A stretch of 64,000 nt of DNA from Octopus vulgaris (Eukaryota), in NCBI GenBank assembly GCA_951406725.2, contig OX597824.1, positions 21,080,001 to 21,144,000 of the forward strand, read 5' to 3'. Positions 38,992-52,738 of the stretch are shown piece after piece. The notes beneath the pieces were generated by a model that saw only the letters and a program-made list of their open reading frames with translations, was not told the origin of the DNA and ran no database searches. Numbering within the stretch: the stretch's first letter is position 1; every line of letters starts with the position of its first letter. A program made the translations under genes and the position numbers.

Positions 38992-41431
38992 GAACAACAA
39001 CAACAGCAAAACGTGCGTCTAAATTCTACTAATGTGGTCGTTACCTGAAATTCCTGTTAGGAAAATAATTTCATATGAAAAGGGAGAATATATATATATA
39101 TATATATATAGGGGCTTATTTGTTCCAGCTGTATGTTATCGCCCTCCCCTACACATATACACATGAAACAAACGAGGTTTTCTAAGGGAATCGCACAGCT
39201 TGCTAGAAATAACAACCTAACCCCTATTAATTCACACCATGTTAATAAAAAAAAAATAGCAGGGATACATTGGATAATGTAATCCTAGATGCTCTATGCT
39301 CTATAATCGAAAAATAAAACGATGTAGAACAAAGTAAAAAAAAAAAGGGGGAAATTCTGGCTTCTTTGGAACAGCTTGTAATTTCCAAGAAACTAAGCGG
39401 AAGTCACTGTTCATCAATGCGATCGCAATTATTGATTGGATCTGATTTAAACTTCGTAGAAATCGCTTACGTCGTTGTAAGACGTAGTACTGTTGTTATG
39501 CAGCTTTTTACCAAAAGTATTGTAAACATTCACATCCTCTTCGCCCGGCAGAACCGGTGATAAAGGAGGAAGCTTTTGTTTTATTTACAGCGTGTAACAA
39601 AACAGCAGCCGAATTTCCCCCCCTCGAATACACTACACAGATTTCTATTTTTATGCTTCTAAATGAGACGTAGGACAACGTGGTTCCTGCACGAAAGGGC
39701 GAAATGGATATATAACTAGAATGAATATATCTGATCACATTTGTACTCAATCAGGGCAGACTTACAAGGGTGGGGCTTAAACAACAGCTATTAAATATAC
39801 ACATAGGGATTGTTCTTTTACAATCCGATTTAAAAAATTTTTAATTTTGCCAATTCGAAAGGTTGGGGAACAGAAATGAAAATGTTCAATTACGTATTTT
39901 CCAATTAAGATGCATAATAAAGGAACGAATTAAAAAGTGGGTTTCTTCTTGTTTAAAACAACCGCCACATCCCTCTTCCAATTAATTTATTGAAAAGTGG
40001 GGGGGGATCAGAAAGAAAGTTCATTCTACCTGTTTCTACAATGCAATTTTGACACAGTAATAAATTATACAAGTCGCAAAAAATATCTAGATTACATGGA
40101 ATGTAAAAGTATGTGTTTTAAGTGAAATTTGTCTAGTTTTATCTAATTTTTTCCTTCATACAATATCTAACTACTATTTATAAAAAAAACTGTTGCTACA
40201 TGGGCAGAGATGTTTTAAAGAAAAGAAGCTAAATTAAACAAACTATAACGATACACTGTCACAAATTAAAACATTTTTACCCCACCCGAACACAAAAAAA
40301 AAAAACCGACAGCTTTAAAGAAACATTTGGAGCAGACAAAAGATTAAATTCAAATGCCCTAAGGGGTTTAATACAAAAGAAAAAAAAGCACAGCCATCAA
40401 ATGTCACTAAGAAGAAACCTCTACGCAGTCTATTGAAGTGAGAAATAAATAACAATTTCCCTCAAACTACACAGAACAGGTTTTTTAAAAAAGTTCTCAA
40501 AGTGATGTAGTATCTCTGACAAATAAGGACGAGATGGTCACGGCCAGAACGCCTTTGATCGCACATAGATCAGCTTGATCAGAGCTGACCTAGGACTGAC
40601 TGACTATTCCTTACGATTTGTAATGTTGATGAAAGACATTATTTTTCAACAAGACAGCTTGTTCTTTGTTTTAAAAGTAACGAAATTTTCTTAATATTTT
40701 TGAATCCTAATTTTTAAAAAATCCATATTGTTTGTATTTTTAAGAAAATGGAATAAATAAAATGAATAAATAAATAAAAGGCCAAGAGAAGAAACATCGA
40801 GGCTGGGGGGGGGGGGTGCATTAAGAAAATAGGTGTGACCGCAAACAACGTGACAAAGTTTTGTGGAAGTTAGTGATTTATAATTATAATTTATAATTAA
40901 ACATTTAAGGAGGAAAATAATTATTAGAGCATGCTTCCAATAATTTAGCACTGGATGTTGTTAATTTATACACTATTGTGATTTTAAATGATTTATAACA
41001 CAAGAAGAGAGTTAGACAGGCAGAGAGATGTTCGATGATTAATTGTGAGGTTGAACTTATAAACATTTCATTTAAAAATGTGGAGCAAACATGAATAAAG
41101 TAGTCTTTATGGAGCAGAAAAACGAATAAAAAAATACAATATGCGCAGCGGAAAAGTCTAGAAATAAAATAACATGACACAGAATGTTAGTGACAGCGAA
41201 GCAATTTAAAGAAATATATCAGAAATATTTTAATAACAGATATTTCTCTGTGTGTGTGTCCGTGTGTGTGTGTCTGTGTGTTAGTGAAGGAATAGAGAGA
41301 AAAAAAGTAATTAGCGCGAATTATTACAACTGCTTGCAGAGATCTAGCGATATAACAGCAGTTATGCTCAATGGCGGGAGAAAAAGGGAAGCTTATGCTT
41401 TTTCTGTGGGGTGAAGAAAGTGTTTCAAATA

Positions 41432-41585
41432 ACTTACCTAATAAAGTAGTCAGTCCAGAGAAATTTTAGGTAACTAAATTGAAAAGTCTCATGTATGAAA
41501 AATGGCTGCAAGTTGAGGTTTGAAAGTGGAGAGTCGAGTGGACGATAAAAGACGGTCGCTGATTGGTTGAAACTTTCGGGCACTA
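41432..41585 (-). promoter_or_regulatory. Candidate Pol II promoter and non-coding first exon of a minus-strand gene
   Basis: On the minus strand in order: CCAAT box aaccaatcag (41559-41568), YY1-like gccatttt (41499-41506), consensus donor AG|gtaagt (41432-41437); CpG retained. Confidence 0.55.
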
Positions 41586-41857
41586 ATAACAATAAGTAAA
41601 ACAAATGAATAACAAACAAAAGGAAAAGTAAATAAAAAAATTACTTTAAAGAGAAAAAGAAAAAAAAATGAAATAAATAAATATGTAAGAGTAAAAAAAT
41701 ATTATAAATGAATAAAATTAAACGAACAAGTAAAGGAATTAGAAACAATTGAATCGATAAAATTTAGAAAAATAATAAAAATTAATTAAAAAAAAGTTAA
41801 TCATACAAATGATTGTGTTTTTTTATAAGTTCAACTGATAATTTATTCACTGAAATT

Positions 41858-41968
<111 letters not shown>

Positions 41969-41974
41969 TAATGT

Positions 41975-42190
41975 CATCATTTAACGTCCGTTCTCCGTGC
42001 TAGCATGGGTTGGACGGTTCGACCAGGGTCTGGGAAGCCAGGAGGCTGCACCAGGCTCCAGTCTGATCTGGTGATGTTTCTACAGCTGGATGCCCTTCCT
42101 AACGCCAACCACTCTGTGAGTGTAATGGGTGCTTTTTACGTGCCACTGGCACGGATGCCAGTCAAGGCAGCGCTGGCCACATTTGGATAA
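41975..42190 (-). mobile_element. RTE LINE 3' tail
   Basis: Reverse complement of the RTE terminal sequence. Confidence 0.8.
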
Positions 42191-42223
42191 GTATGTATAA
42201 ATATATATATATATATATATATA

Positions 42224-42723
<500 letters not shown>

Positions 42724-42724
<1 letters not shown>

Positions 42725-43046
42725 TGAAGGCACGTGGTTCAGTGGTTAGGGCATTCGGCTCATGATCGTAAGGTCGTGAGTTCATTTCCCGGCAATGCGT
42801 TGTGTCCTCGAGCAAGACACGTTACGTCACATTGCTCCAGTCCACTCAGCTGGCAAAAACGACTAGTACCTGTATTTCAAAGGGCCGGCCTTGTCACACT
42901 CTATGGCACGCTGAATCTCCCTGAGAACTGCGTTAGGGGTACACGTGTCTGTGGATTTCTCAGTCACTTGCACATTAATTTCATGAGCAAGCTGTTCCGT
43001 TGATCATATCAGCTGGGACCCTCGTTGTCGTAACCGATGGAGTGCT

Positions 43047-43050
<4 letters not shown>
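42724..43050 (+). mobile_element. tRNA-derived SINE family D
   Basis: tggttcagtggttagg..gagttc head, gtgtcctcgagcaagacac CORE-like block; 5' half shared with 56144-56486. Confidence 0.75.
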
Positions 43051-43083
<33 letters not shown>

Positions 43084-43207
43084 GGAGAAATTATACAAAA
43101 TGTACAAATGGATGATGAGTAAAGCACCGGCACAGTTTCGATTACATGTTGTTATCTGTAGATTTATTGCAGGAACTTTGTAGTGGTGGTTGGGGTATAT
43201 ATATATA

Positions 43208-43652
43208 TCATCATCGTTTAACGTCCGCTTTCCATGCTAGCATGGGTTGGACGGTTCAACTGGGGTCTGGGGAGCCCGAAGGCTGCACCAGGCCAGTCAG
43301 ATCTGGCAGTGTTTCTACAGCTGGATGCCCTTCCTAACGCCAACCACTCCGAGAGTGTAGTGGGTGATTTTATGTGCCACCAACACAGGTGCCAGACGAG
43401 GCTGGCGAACGGCCACGCTTGGATGGTGTTTTTTTTTTTTTTTTTATGTGCCACCGACACAGGTGCCAGACGAGGCTGGCGAACGGCCATGATCGGATGG
43501 TGTTTGTTACGTGCCCACAGCACGGAGGCCAGTTGATGCGGTTATGGCTACAGCCACGTTCGGATGGTTTTCTTATGTGGTACCACAAAGATACAAATTC
43601 CATTGATGTTCATCTATTTTGATTTGGTTTGATTTTCACTTGCCTCAACAGG
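43208..43652 (-). mobile_element. RTE 3' UTR, same subfamily as 14994-16494, with fewer array units
   Basis: Shares the unique UTR cctgttgaggcaagtgaaaatcaaa..gatgaacatcaatggaatttgtatctttgtggtacc. Confidence 0.9.
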
Positions 43653-44337
43653 TATATACAAACATACAAATACGCACGCATACACACACACAACATAGAA
43701 TAAAGAAACCGAAATAGAATTGAGTTGAAATTTAATTTTATTTGATGTCAAACTGAATGTATTTTAAATAGTTTGGTATCAGCTATGAGAAAATCAAAAT
43801 CAATCAGTCAATCAATCAAACAATCAATAGTCAATCAAATAAATAAAAAAGAAAAATACTGAGAAACGAATAAAAAGAATGCTAAAATTACCACCACCAC
43901 ACACCACACTAACAACAGTAGGAGCAGCAGTAGCTCTGTCATCAAATGGATAAATAATATTTAATCTCCTTTCACATCGTAATTAACTTGATCAATGAAT
44001 TAAGCGATCGCTAAAGAGCTTTACTGTAAAAAAATGTCGAGCTACATTCCTATAACCTAACTTATATTCATTCCATTAAATGTTCGTTTGGATCTGAATT
44101 TAAGAACATGGAATTAAATTGAATCCATAATTATATTAAATTTTGATATTTTCTTTAAATTTTAATTTCACATTAAAATAATCTTGAATTTTGATTTCAA
44201 ATAGTTTTTTTTTTTTTTTCATACGTATTTGTTTAGTGTAATTTCAAAAAACAAAAAAAGCCCTGAAAAATTTTTTTTTATATATTTTAATATACTGCAT
44301 AATGGCTTTATTCCATCTACCCTTATCTTTACATAGC

Positions 44338-44832
44338 TTAGGTATGGCTATGAGGTAAGAAGTTTGCTTCCCAACCATATGGTTCCAAGTTCAGTCCCAC
44401 TGCGTGGCACCTTGGGCAAGTCTCTTCTACTATAACCTCAGGTTGACCAAAGCTTTGTGAGTGGATTTGGCAGATGGAAACTGAAAGAAGCCCGTTGTAT
44501 ATGTATGTGTGTGTATATATATCTGTGTGTTTGTGTGTCTGTGTTTGTCACACACACACACATACATATATATATGTGGGTATGTGTGTGTTTGTGTCTG
44601 TGTTCCCACCCACCACTGCTTGACAACTGGTGCTGGTATGTTTATGCCCCCATAACTTAGCGGTTCAACAAATGAGACCAATAGAATAAGTATCATGCTT
44701 CAAAAAAAAAAATTCAAAAAAAAAAACCAAAAAAGAAAAAGGTACTGGGGTCGATACATTCAGCTACAAATTCTTCAAGGCAGTGCCCCAGCATGGCCAC
44801 AGTCTAATGACTAAAACAAGTAAAAGATAAAG
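44338..44832 (+). mobile_element. SINE family A (older variant)
   Basis: Head, microsatellite and tail are all present. Confidence 0.8.
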
Positions 44833-44961
44833 GATTAAAAAAATAGTCCAATAACATCTGGTCAATGATATAAGTACCAATTGAGCACAGATATTGATGT
44901 AACTGACCAGTCCCCACTCCTCTGAAATTTCAGATCTTACACCTATAGTAAAAAGGATTAT

Positions 44962-45003
<42 letters not shown>

Positions 45004-45309
45004 ATTATTATTATTAGTCACACCAATTAAAACAATATTTCTCTCAACTTGACACTAAACCTATTTTGTGATGAAAGGGAGAAGCATTACAAGTTAATTG
45101 AATTGAGCTCCAAGCTTCTCACATTATGGATGCTAAAATCAATATCAGCCGGATTAAAACTCATCACTGAACATTTCTCTTATTCAAGAAAAAAAGAACA
45201 AAATAAAATAACTGAAAATAGCATTATATATATATGTGTGTGTATGTTTGTATATATATATGTGTGTGTATGTTTGTATATATATATGTATGTATATATA
45301 CGCAATAAG

Positions 45310-46030
45310 CACCGTTCATGCGTGGTTCGTTGCCAGTGTCGCCTGAATGGCTCCCAATGCCACTGGTACATGAAAAGCACCATCTGCACGTGGTCGTTGC
45401 CAGTCCCTCCGCCCCGACTGGATCCTGTGCTGGTAGCACATCAAAAGCACCATCTGAATGATGTCGATACCAGTGCCACCTGACTGGCTCCTGTGCCAGT
45501 GACATGTAAAAAGCCCCCACTACACCCTCGGAGTGGTTGGCGTTAGAAAGGACATCCAGCTGAAGAAACAGTACCAGATCAGATTGGAGCCTGGTGTGGC
45601 CTCCTGGTTTGCCAGCCCTCAGTCAAACCGTCCAACCCATGCCAGGATGGAAAACAGACGTTAAACTATGATGATGATGATGTGTATATATATATATATG
45701 TATATATAAATGCATGTATATGTATGTATGTGCGCATGGTCATTGCCAATGCCGTCTGACTGGCTCCTGTCTTGGTGGCATGTAAAAAGGACCATTTGAG
45801 CGTGGCTAATTCCAGTGCTGCCAGAAGGGTCTTGTGCTAGTGGCATGTAAAATGCACCCACTACACTCTCGGAGTGGTTGGCGTTCGGAAGGGCATCCAG
45901 CTGTAGAAACTTTGCCAGATCAAATTGGAGCCTGGTGCAGCCTTCTGGCTTGCCAGCCCTCAGTCAAACCGTCAAACCCATGCCAGCATGGAAAGCAGAC
46001 GTTAAATAACAACGATGATAATGATGATAA
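45310..46030 (+). mobile_element. Two RTE 3' UTR/tail copies (45310-45681, 45733-46030)
   Basis: Array units plus the terminal sequence, twice. Confidence 0.8.
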
Positions 46031-47670
46031 TGATATATATGCATATATGTGTAAGTAGATGGGATGGCCATAAATGGAATGCTTTTGATATATCTGTTCA
46101 TTCAGTATTGACCTGAAATCAAACAACAACAGCAGCAACAATAACAGCAACATGCCCAAATTCCTATCCTAAATCCTACCTAATAATGTACCTAAGGTAA
46201 GATACTAGTGTGTTATCACTATGGCAACAAATCTTTTTTGTTTTTTTTTTTAAATTTTGTTTTTTGAAGCATGATACTTATTCTATTGGTCTCATTTGTT
46301 GAACCGCTAAGTTATGTGGGCATAAACATACCAGCACCAGTTGTCAAGCAGTGGTGGGTGGGAACACAGACACAAACACACACACACCCACATATATATA
46401 TGTATGTGTGTGTGACAGGCTTCTTTCAGTTTCCATCTGCCAAATCCACTCACAAAGCTTCAGATGGAAACAAACTGGCTGATTTGTTAGAGAATGCTTC
46501 ATGATATTTGTTCTGACCCCCTATGTTCTGAGTTCAAATCCTGCCATGGTCAGCTTTACCTTTTATTCTCCCAGGGTTGATTAAAACAGAGGCCAATCCA
46601 AGGTGGTGGATTAGTGAAAATGTAAAAGCATCAAACTGGATGCCTTGCGGTATCAAATCCTGCCAGGGCCTACTTAGGTGGTAGACTTAGCACATTGTCC
46701 AGTTTAACCTGTTTAGCATTTAACCCCTTAGTGTTCAGATTATTCAATTAAACATAATGTCTATTGATTCCCATTGATTTGAATTAATCATGCATTATCT
46801 CATATCTTCAAGATCTTGATGGTGTAATTACTTAATGTAGAATAACATTGTAGGGTAGGTGTGAGGGCCTGGATCTGGTCAGTTTGAACATAAAACAGAT
46901 TAAATATTTTGGCCGGATATGGCCGGTTTAAATATTAAATACTGTATTTGGCCCAAATATTCAACCTGATTTATGCTCACACCAGCCAGGTCCAGCTTCT
47001 CACACCTACCCAACAATGTCATACTACAAATAAACAACCACATCATTGAAGTGCCAAAGGTACAAGACAATGCATAATTAAATGACTTGCATTTGACAGA
47101 ATAACCTAAATGCTTTCTCTGCCTTGACCCGAGCATAGGACAGTGCTTGCCTCTTTGAGCTGGGAAATGAAAGGAATGCCTGGTGTGTGTCTTGTTGTGG
47201 CTACCCCCTCCTATGGAGAATTTAGGCTTTGGTAAATAAAAAAAAAATTCTGATTTGGAGGTACATTTCCCTTCCCCCTACAAGTCTTGGGGGCTCTACA
47301 AAAGGGGTCACGGGTACAGCCATCCACACCACCCCACATGACTAAAAAGATAAAAATGAAAAAAAATATTAACATATTTATTTCAGAACAACTTGGTGGG
47401 TACCGAAGCTAAATTCTTTATTTTATTCCATTTTGTTATTTCATTTCACTTTTGTTCTTTATTTGAAATACTTTTGTGTTTTGTTATGACAGAAAGTTGA
47501 CATTTAATCACGTTAAGTTGATATGAAAACTCATTGTATGGCCGTTTAAAATGGAATGGCAAATAAATCGGATGAAACGGTGTGTTGGCTTGCTAAGAGA
47601 AACCATGTCACATGAATAAATAGTTTATATTCATTTGAATGCATAACCATGAAACAAGCTCTTTAGCTGA

Positions 47671-47702
<32 letters not shown>

Positions 47703-47775
47703 ATTACAGGAATGAAAGTTTCTACGCAAACACATGCGCGCCCACACATACACACACACCCATGTGTGTATATAT

Positions 47776-48013
47776 CATCATCATCGTTTAGCGTCCGCTT
47801 TCCATGCTGGCATGGGTTGGACGGTGCAACTGGGGTCTGGGAAGCCAGAAGGCTGCACCAGGCTCCAGTCTGATCTGGCAATATTTCTACGGCTGGATGC
47901 CCTTCCTAACGCCAACCACTCCATGAGTGTAGTGGGGTGCTTTTTACGTGCCACCGGCACAGGTGCCAGACGAGGCTGGCAAACGGCCACGATCGGATGG
48001 TGCTTTTTACATG

Positions 48014-48015
<2 letters not shown>
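47776..48015 (-). mobile_element. RTE LINE 3' tail
   Basis: Reverse complement of the RTE terminal sequence. Confidence 0.8.
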
Positions 48016-48043
<28 letters not shown>

Positions 48044-48054
<11 letters not shown>

Positions 48055-48422
48055 TAGAGGGAAACCACTATGTGGACACCCTTATGCTTGAAATAGATCC
48101 GCTATAGTCTTACCACTAAGAAATGCTTTCAAGAAAACTTTAGCAAAGCAACCAAAACATAATCAAGCAAGACAAAAGAAAAAGCAATTGTCTTGCTCGA
48201 TTACGTTTTGGTTGTTTTGCTAAATTTTTCTTGAGAACATTTCTTAGTGGTAAGACCATAGCGGATCTATTTCTAGTGTAAGGGTATCCACATAGTGGTT
48301 TCCCTCTAATATGTATATAATACAATTTTACTGAACCTTCAGTTTTTTTTATATGCTAGACCACTCGTGTGAAATCAATGTTAATTAAATTAATATCTAA
48401 TTTCTCACCCTCATTTTAAATT
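48044..48422. repeat. ~130-bp imperfect inverted repeat with a one-sided extension, within (TA)n; probable Penelope-like footprint
   Basis: Arms 48044-48175 and 48188-48318 with about 11 mismatches by eye; same layout as 42224-42454. Confidence 0.75.
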
Positions 48423-49067
48423 TATATATATATATATTGTCTGGTTATGAAGTTTGCCTTCTAAAACCATGATTTCAGGTTCAATTTCACTCCATGGATC
48501 TTGAGCAAATGTCTTCTGCCATAACTCCATGCCAACCAAAGCTTTGTGAGTGGACTTGGCAGATGGAAACTGAAAGAAGCCCATCATGTGTATATGTGTG
48601 TGTGTGTTTGTGTCTCCTTGTCTTGATGTCATGTGATAGCTGTAAATGAGTGTCACTGTCATACAAGCAGTGTCTCTCATTTCCAATATTCTGTGAAAGC
48701 ATGTCCGGCCATGGATAAATATTATTTTGCTTCGAAATTAGTGAAACTATGGTAACCTCGAGACAAAATACTGCAGCTTCCAGGCTTTCAGACATATATC
48801 TACATTAAGTATGATACACCAAATGCTATTTTGAACTATACTGCTTTCGTTGCTGATAAATTTTTATCCAGCTTGCCAACTAATTGCAAAACCAGTGCAT
48901 AAAACAGTGCCAGATGCACAAACTGGATGGTGCCTATGGAAGAGAAGAAAGACCTAGAAAGGAACTGAATGAGGGGATGGAAAGTAAACTCAAAATGCTG
49001 AACCCCACAAAAGAAATGACAAATGTCTGTGACAACTGATGACATGCTGAAATGGAGAGCAAAGCTG

Positions 49068-49453
49068 GACGTTATCAAAGAAGCTTGAGAGGCAGTTGGA
49101 TGGAACTTACACTCGCCTCCTTATGAGAGCTCAAAATCTCTTGTGGAAGCGTAATCCAACCAAGGTACAAATATATGGGAAACTACCACCTGTGTCATCT
49201 CTTGTGAAAGGTAGGAGAGTCCGGTTTGCTGGACATTGTTGTAGAGCTGAAAATGAGGTAATTTCTACTCTTCTCCTCTGGAAGCCATCTGCTCACGATA
49301 CTAGAGGGCGCACACTCTCCTACCCTGATGTAATCTCCAGGAATACAGGCATCCAGCAACAGGACCTCCGTAATGCTACGATGGACCGTGAAGTCTGGCG
49401 TAACATAGTAAATTCCATTGTCTTGACCACGGTCGAATAATGATGATGATGAT
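49068..49453 (+). mobile_element. 5'-truncated RTE-group LINE, second family, with 11-bp TSD
   Basis: LDGTYTRLL..W..PTK.Q.YG.LPP..RR.RFAGHC.R..LLLW.P..M.DR..WR; stop codon then (tga)n; TSD gagcaaagctg at 49057-49067 and 49454-49464. Confidence 0.9.
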
Positions 49454-50363
49454 GAGCAAAGCTGCTCTCAGGAAAGCATGGCAAAAAAATGTGAAAGAAG
49501 AAAGAGTTGAAGAGTTGATGGCTGCGATGGTCTTGCAGTAATTCACCAACTGTTCCTTCACAGGCTCCTTTTCCCTTTCCTTTCTCCTTAGCCTCCCCAC
49601 CAGGGATGTTTTCCCTATTTTTACCCTCTGCTCTCCTCACTACCTCTATAATAACTTCATACCTCCAACTTCTCCTCATCTCACAGCATTTACCCTCTAG
49701 TACCTCCCTACCACCACCACCACCAGCCAACACCGTTCAAGAATTTGAACCTGGAGATCTCTATTTCCAGCGACTTCAAAGGCCACCTCCCAGTGGTGTC
49801 GGGCGTCAACAAACAGCCCTCGACTACAACAAGACGACCAAAGTTTTTTTTTTTTTCATGGTCTGGGGTCTGCCACCCCTAAGCCCTAGACCATCACCTA
49901 ATCACCCTTACCCGTCTTGTTGCTTAACAACAAACAACAACAACCACCAAACCTGCCAAAGCAGAAAATGTTACAATTACCACAAGGTACTTTTCTGCTT
50001 CTCTATCATTTTGCTTGTAAAATAACTCAACATGATGTTATCAAAAACAACAAATAAATGTTTAAATACCATAAATATTCTAGCTTTTGTTATTTTTTGC
50101 ATGCTTCTTTGTCAAAATAAATTCATAACAGTTATAAACGACCATTATTCTCACAGCAAATATTAATGCTGTGATATCAAAGTTTAAAAAAAGTAGCTAA
50201 GTAACTCATGCTTTGTCTAAAGCAATTACTGTGACATACATATAATTCTCTCGTTAGTCTTAGCTTACAAACGTACATGCTCATACACACACATGTGCAC
50301 ACGTGCCTGCACACACACACTCACATACATGTGTATATGTTCATGTATATTATACATGAAATG

Positions 50364-50766
50364 AAGGCGGGGAACTGGCAGAATCGTTAGCAGTATTTCT
50401 TCTGTCGCTATGTTCTGAGTTCAAATTCCACTGAGGTCGACATTGCCTTTCATCCTTTCAGGGTCGATAAATAAAGTACCAGTTTCGCACTGGGGTCGAT
50501 ATAATTGACTTAATCCCTTTGTCTGTCCTTATTTGTCCCCTCTGTGTTTTAGCCCCTTGTGGGTAGTAAAGAAATAGAAATAGGTATTTCGTCGGCCGTT
50601 ACGTTATGAGTTCAGACTCTGCTGAGGTCGACTTTGCCTTTCATTCTTTTGGGGTCGATTAAATAAGTACCAGTTATGCACTGGGGTTGATGTAATCAGT
50701 TGAAACCCTTTGTCTGTCCTTGTTTGTTCCCTCTATGTTTAGCCCCTTGTGGGCAATAAAGAAATA
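50364..50766 (+). mobile_element. SINE family B tandem dimer
   Basis: Junction gaaata|ggtatttcgtc at ~50582; acatgaaatg repeated on both flanks. Confidence 0.85.
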
Positions 50767-51216
50767 TATACACACATGAAATGGCAGTGAGCTAGTGGAG
50801 CCATTATGTGCTGGACAAGATGCTTAACATTACTTCTTTCAGCTTTACATTCTAAGTTCTAATCCTACCAAGGTCATCTTTGCTCTTTATCCTTTCGGGG
50901 TCGATAAAATAAGTACCAGTTGAGTACCGGGTTTGATGTACTTGACAAGCCCTCACACTCTGCCAATCATCCATTTGTATATATGCATAATTGTGTGAAA
51001 TTCTTTCTACTACAAACACAATGCCTGAAATTCTATGAGGGTCGGGGCTAGTCAATTACGTCAACCACAGGACCCAACTAATACCTATTTTATCGACCCT
51101 GAAAGGATAAAGAGCAAAGTAGACTCAGCAGAATTTAAACTCTGAATGTGAAGAAGTGCTTGCTGCCGGTACCATGTAAATGGCACCCATGCATTGTAGT
51201 CATGGTCATTGCAGGC

Positions 51217-51953
51217 AGGGCTGTGGAGTCAGAGTCAGAGCTGGAGTCATGGAGTCAGAGTCATGGAGGAGTCGGAGTTGTGGAGTCGGAGTTGTGGAGT
51301 CGGAGTCATGGAGTCGGAATCGTGGAGTCAGAAACAATTAAAGGGTAGTTGGAGTTGGTAAAACTATACCGACTCTGACTCACAATATTCTTTTATTCTT
51401 TTATTTGTTTCAGTCATTTGACATGCTGGAGCACTGCCTTTAGTCAAACAAATCGACCCTGGGACTTAATCTTTGTAAGCCTGGTACTCATTCTATTGGT
51501 CTCTTTTGCTGAACCGCTAAGTTACAGGGACGTAAACACACCAACATCAGTTGTCAAGCAATGTTGGAGGGGACAAACAAAGAGACACACACACACATGA
51601 TGGGCTTCTTTCGGTTTCCATCTCCCCCAAATCCACTCACAAGGCTTTGGTTGGCCTGAGGCTATAGTAGAAAACACTTGCTCAAGGTACCATGCAGCGG
51701 GACTGAACCCAGAATCATGTGGTTGAGAAGCAAGTTTCTTATCACACAGCCACTCATGTGTCTGTATATATCTTTATTCTTTAATAAAAACCAGCGATAA
51801 CATATAGGCCTACTCAAAGTACAAAGTTATGCATATGCTTTATGAGATATGTAGACCAGAATCACTTGATTACATAAGGAGGAGTTGGAGTTGCAGGTGC
51901 CAATAGTAGAAGAGTTGGTGTCAAAGTTTTTTTGTTTCAACTCCATGGCCAGG
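51217..51953. mobile_element. hAT-like MITE with (GGAGTC)n subterminal repeats, interrupted by a family A SINE (~51388-51760, minus)
   Basis: Starts cagggctgtggagtc; ends with degenerate actccatggcc; hexamer array at 51225-51330. Confidence 0.55.
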
Positions 51954-52004
51954 GTCACATGGCACCCACTCATGAATTGTAGTTGTGGTCATTGCCAGTG
52001 CCAT

Positions 52005-52311
52005 GTTTGTTTGTTCCTTCTCGAACCATGCCTGGCTCATAAGGGCCGGTTTCCCGGTTTCCTTGGCGTATAGGTTCTCCACCTGGAAGGGATGCCGGTC
52101 TGTCGCAGGTGAGCTGCAAGATGCAGGAGGAAAGAGTGAGAGAAAGTTGTGGCGAAAGAGTCAGCAGAAGTTCACCATTACCTTCTGCCGGAGACACGTG
52201 GAGCTTAGGTGTTTCACTCATAAACACACACATCGCCCAGTCTGAGATTCGAACCCGCGATCCCTCAACCGCGAGTCTGCTGCTCTAATTACTAGGCCAT
52301 GTGCCTCCACA
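52005..52311 (-). mobile_element. tRNA-derived SINE family C
   Basis: Reverse complement of 627-933. Confidence 0.85.
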
Positions 52312-52319
52312 CTGTAAAT

Positions 52320-52738
52320 AGCAACCTGTGCCAGGGGCACATAAAAGAACCTGTTACACTTCCTGGAGTGGTTGGCATTAGGAAAGGCATCCAGCTGTAG
52401 AAACCATGCTAAATCAGACTGCAATGAGGCGCAGCTCTCTCGCTCATCGGCTCCAGTCAAACCATTTAACCCATGCCAACATGGAGGGGGGACGTTAAAT
52501 GATGATGATGATGATGAATAAGGCGGCGAGCTGGCAGAAACATTAGCAGGCCAGCGGTATTTCGTCTGCCGCTACGTTCTGAGTTCAAATTCCGCCGAGG
52601 TCGACTTTGCCTTTCATCCTTTCGGGGTCGATTAAATAAGTACCAGTTACGCACTGGGGTCACTGTAATCGACTTAATCCGTTTGTCTGTCCTTGTTTGT
52701 CCCCTCTGTGTTTAGCCCCTTGTGGGTAGTAAAGAAAT
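52320..52738 (+). mobile_element. RTE tail with a family B SINE (52519-52738) inserted in its (GAT)n
   Basis: (gat)n on both sides of the SINE. Confidence 0.8.
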
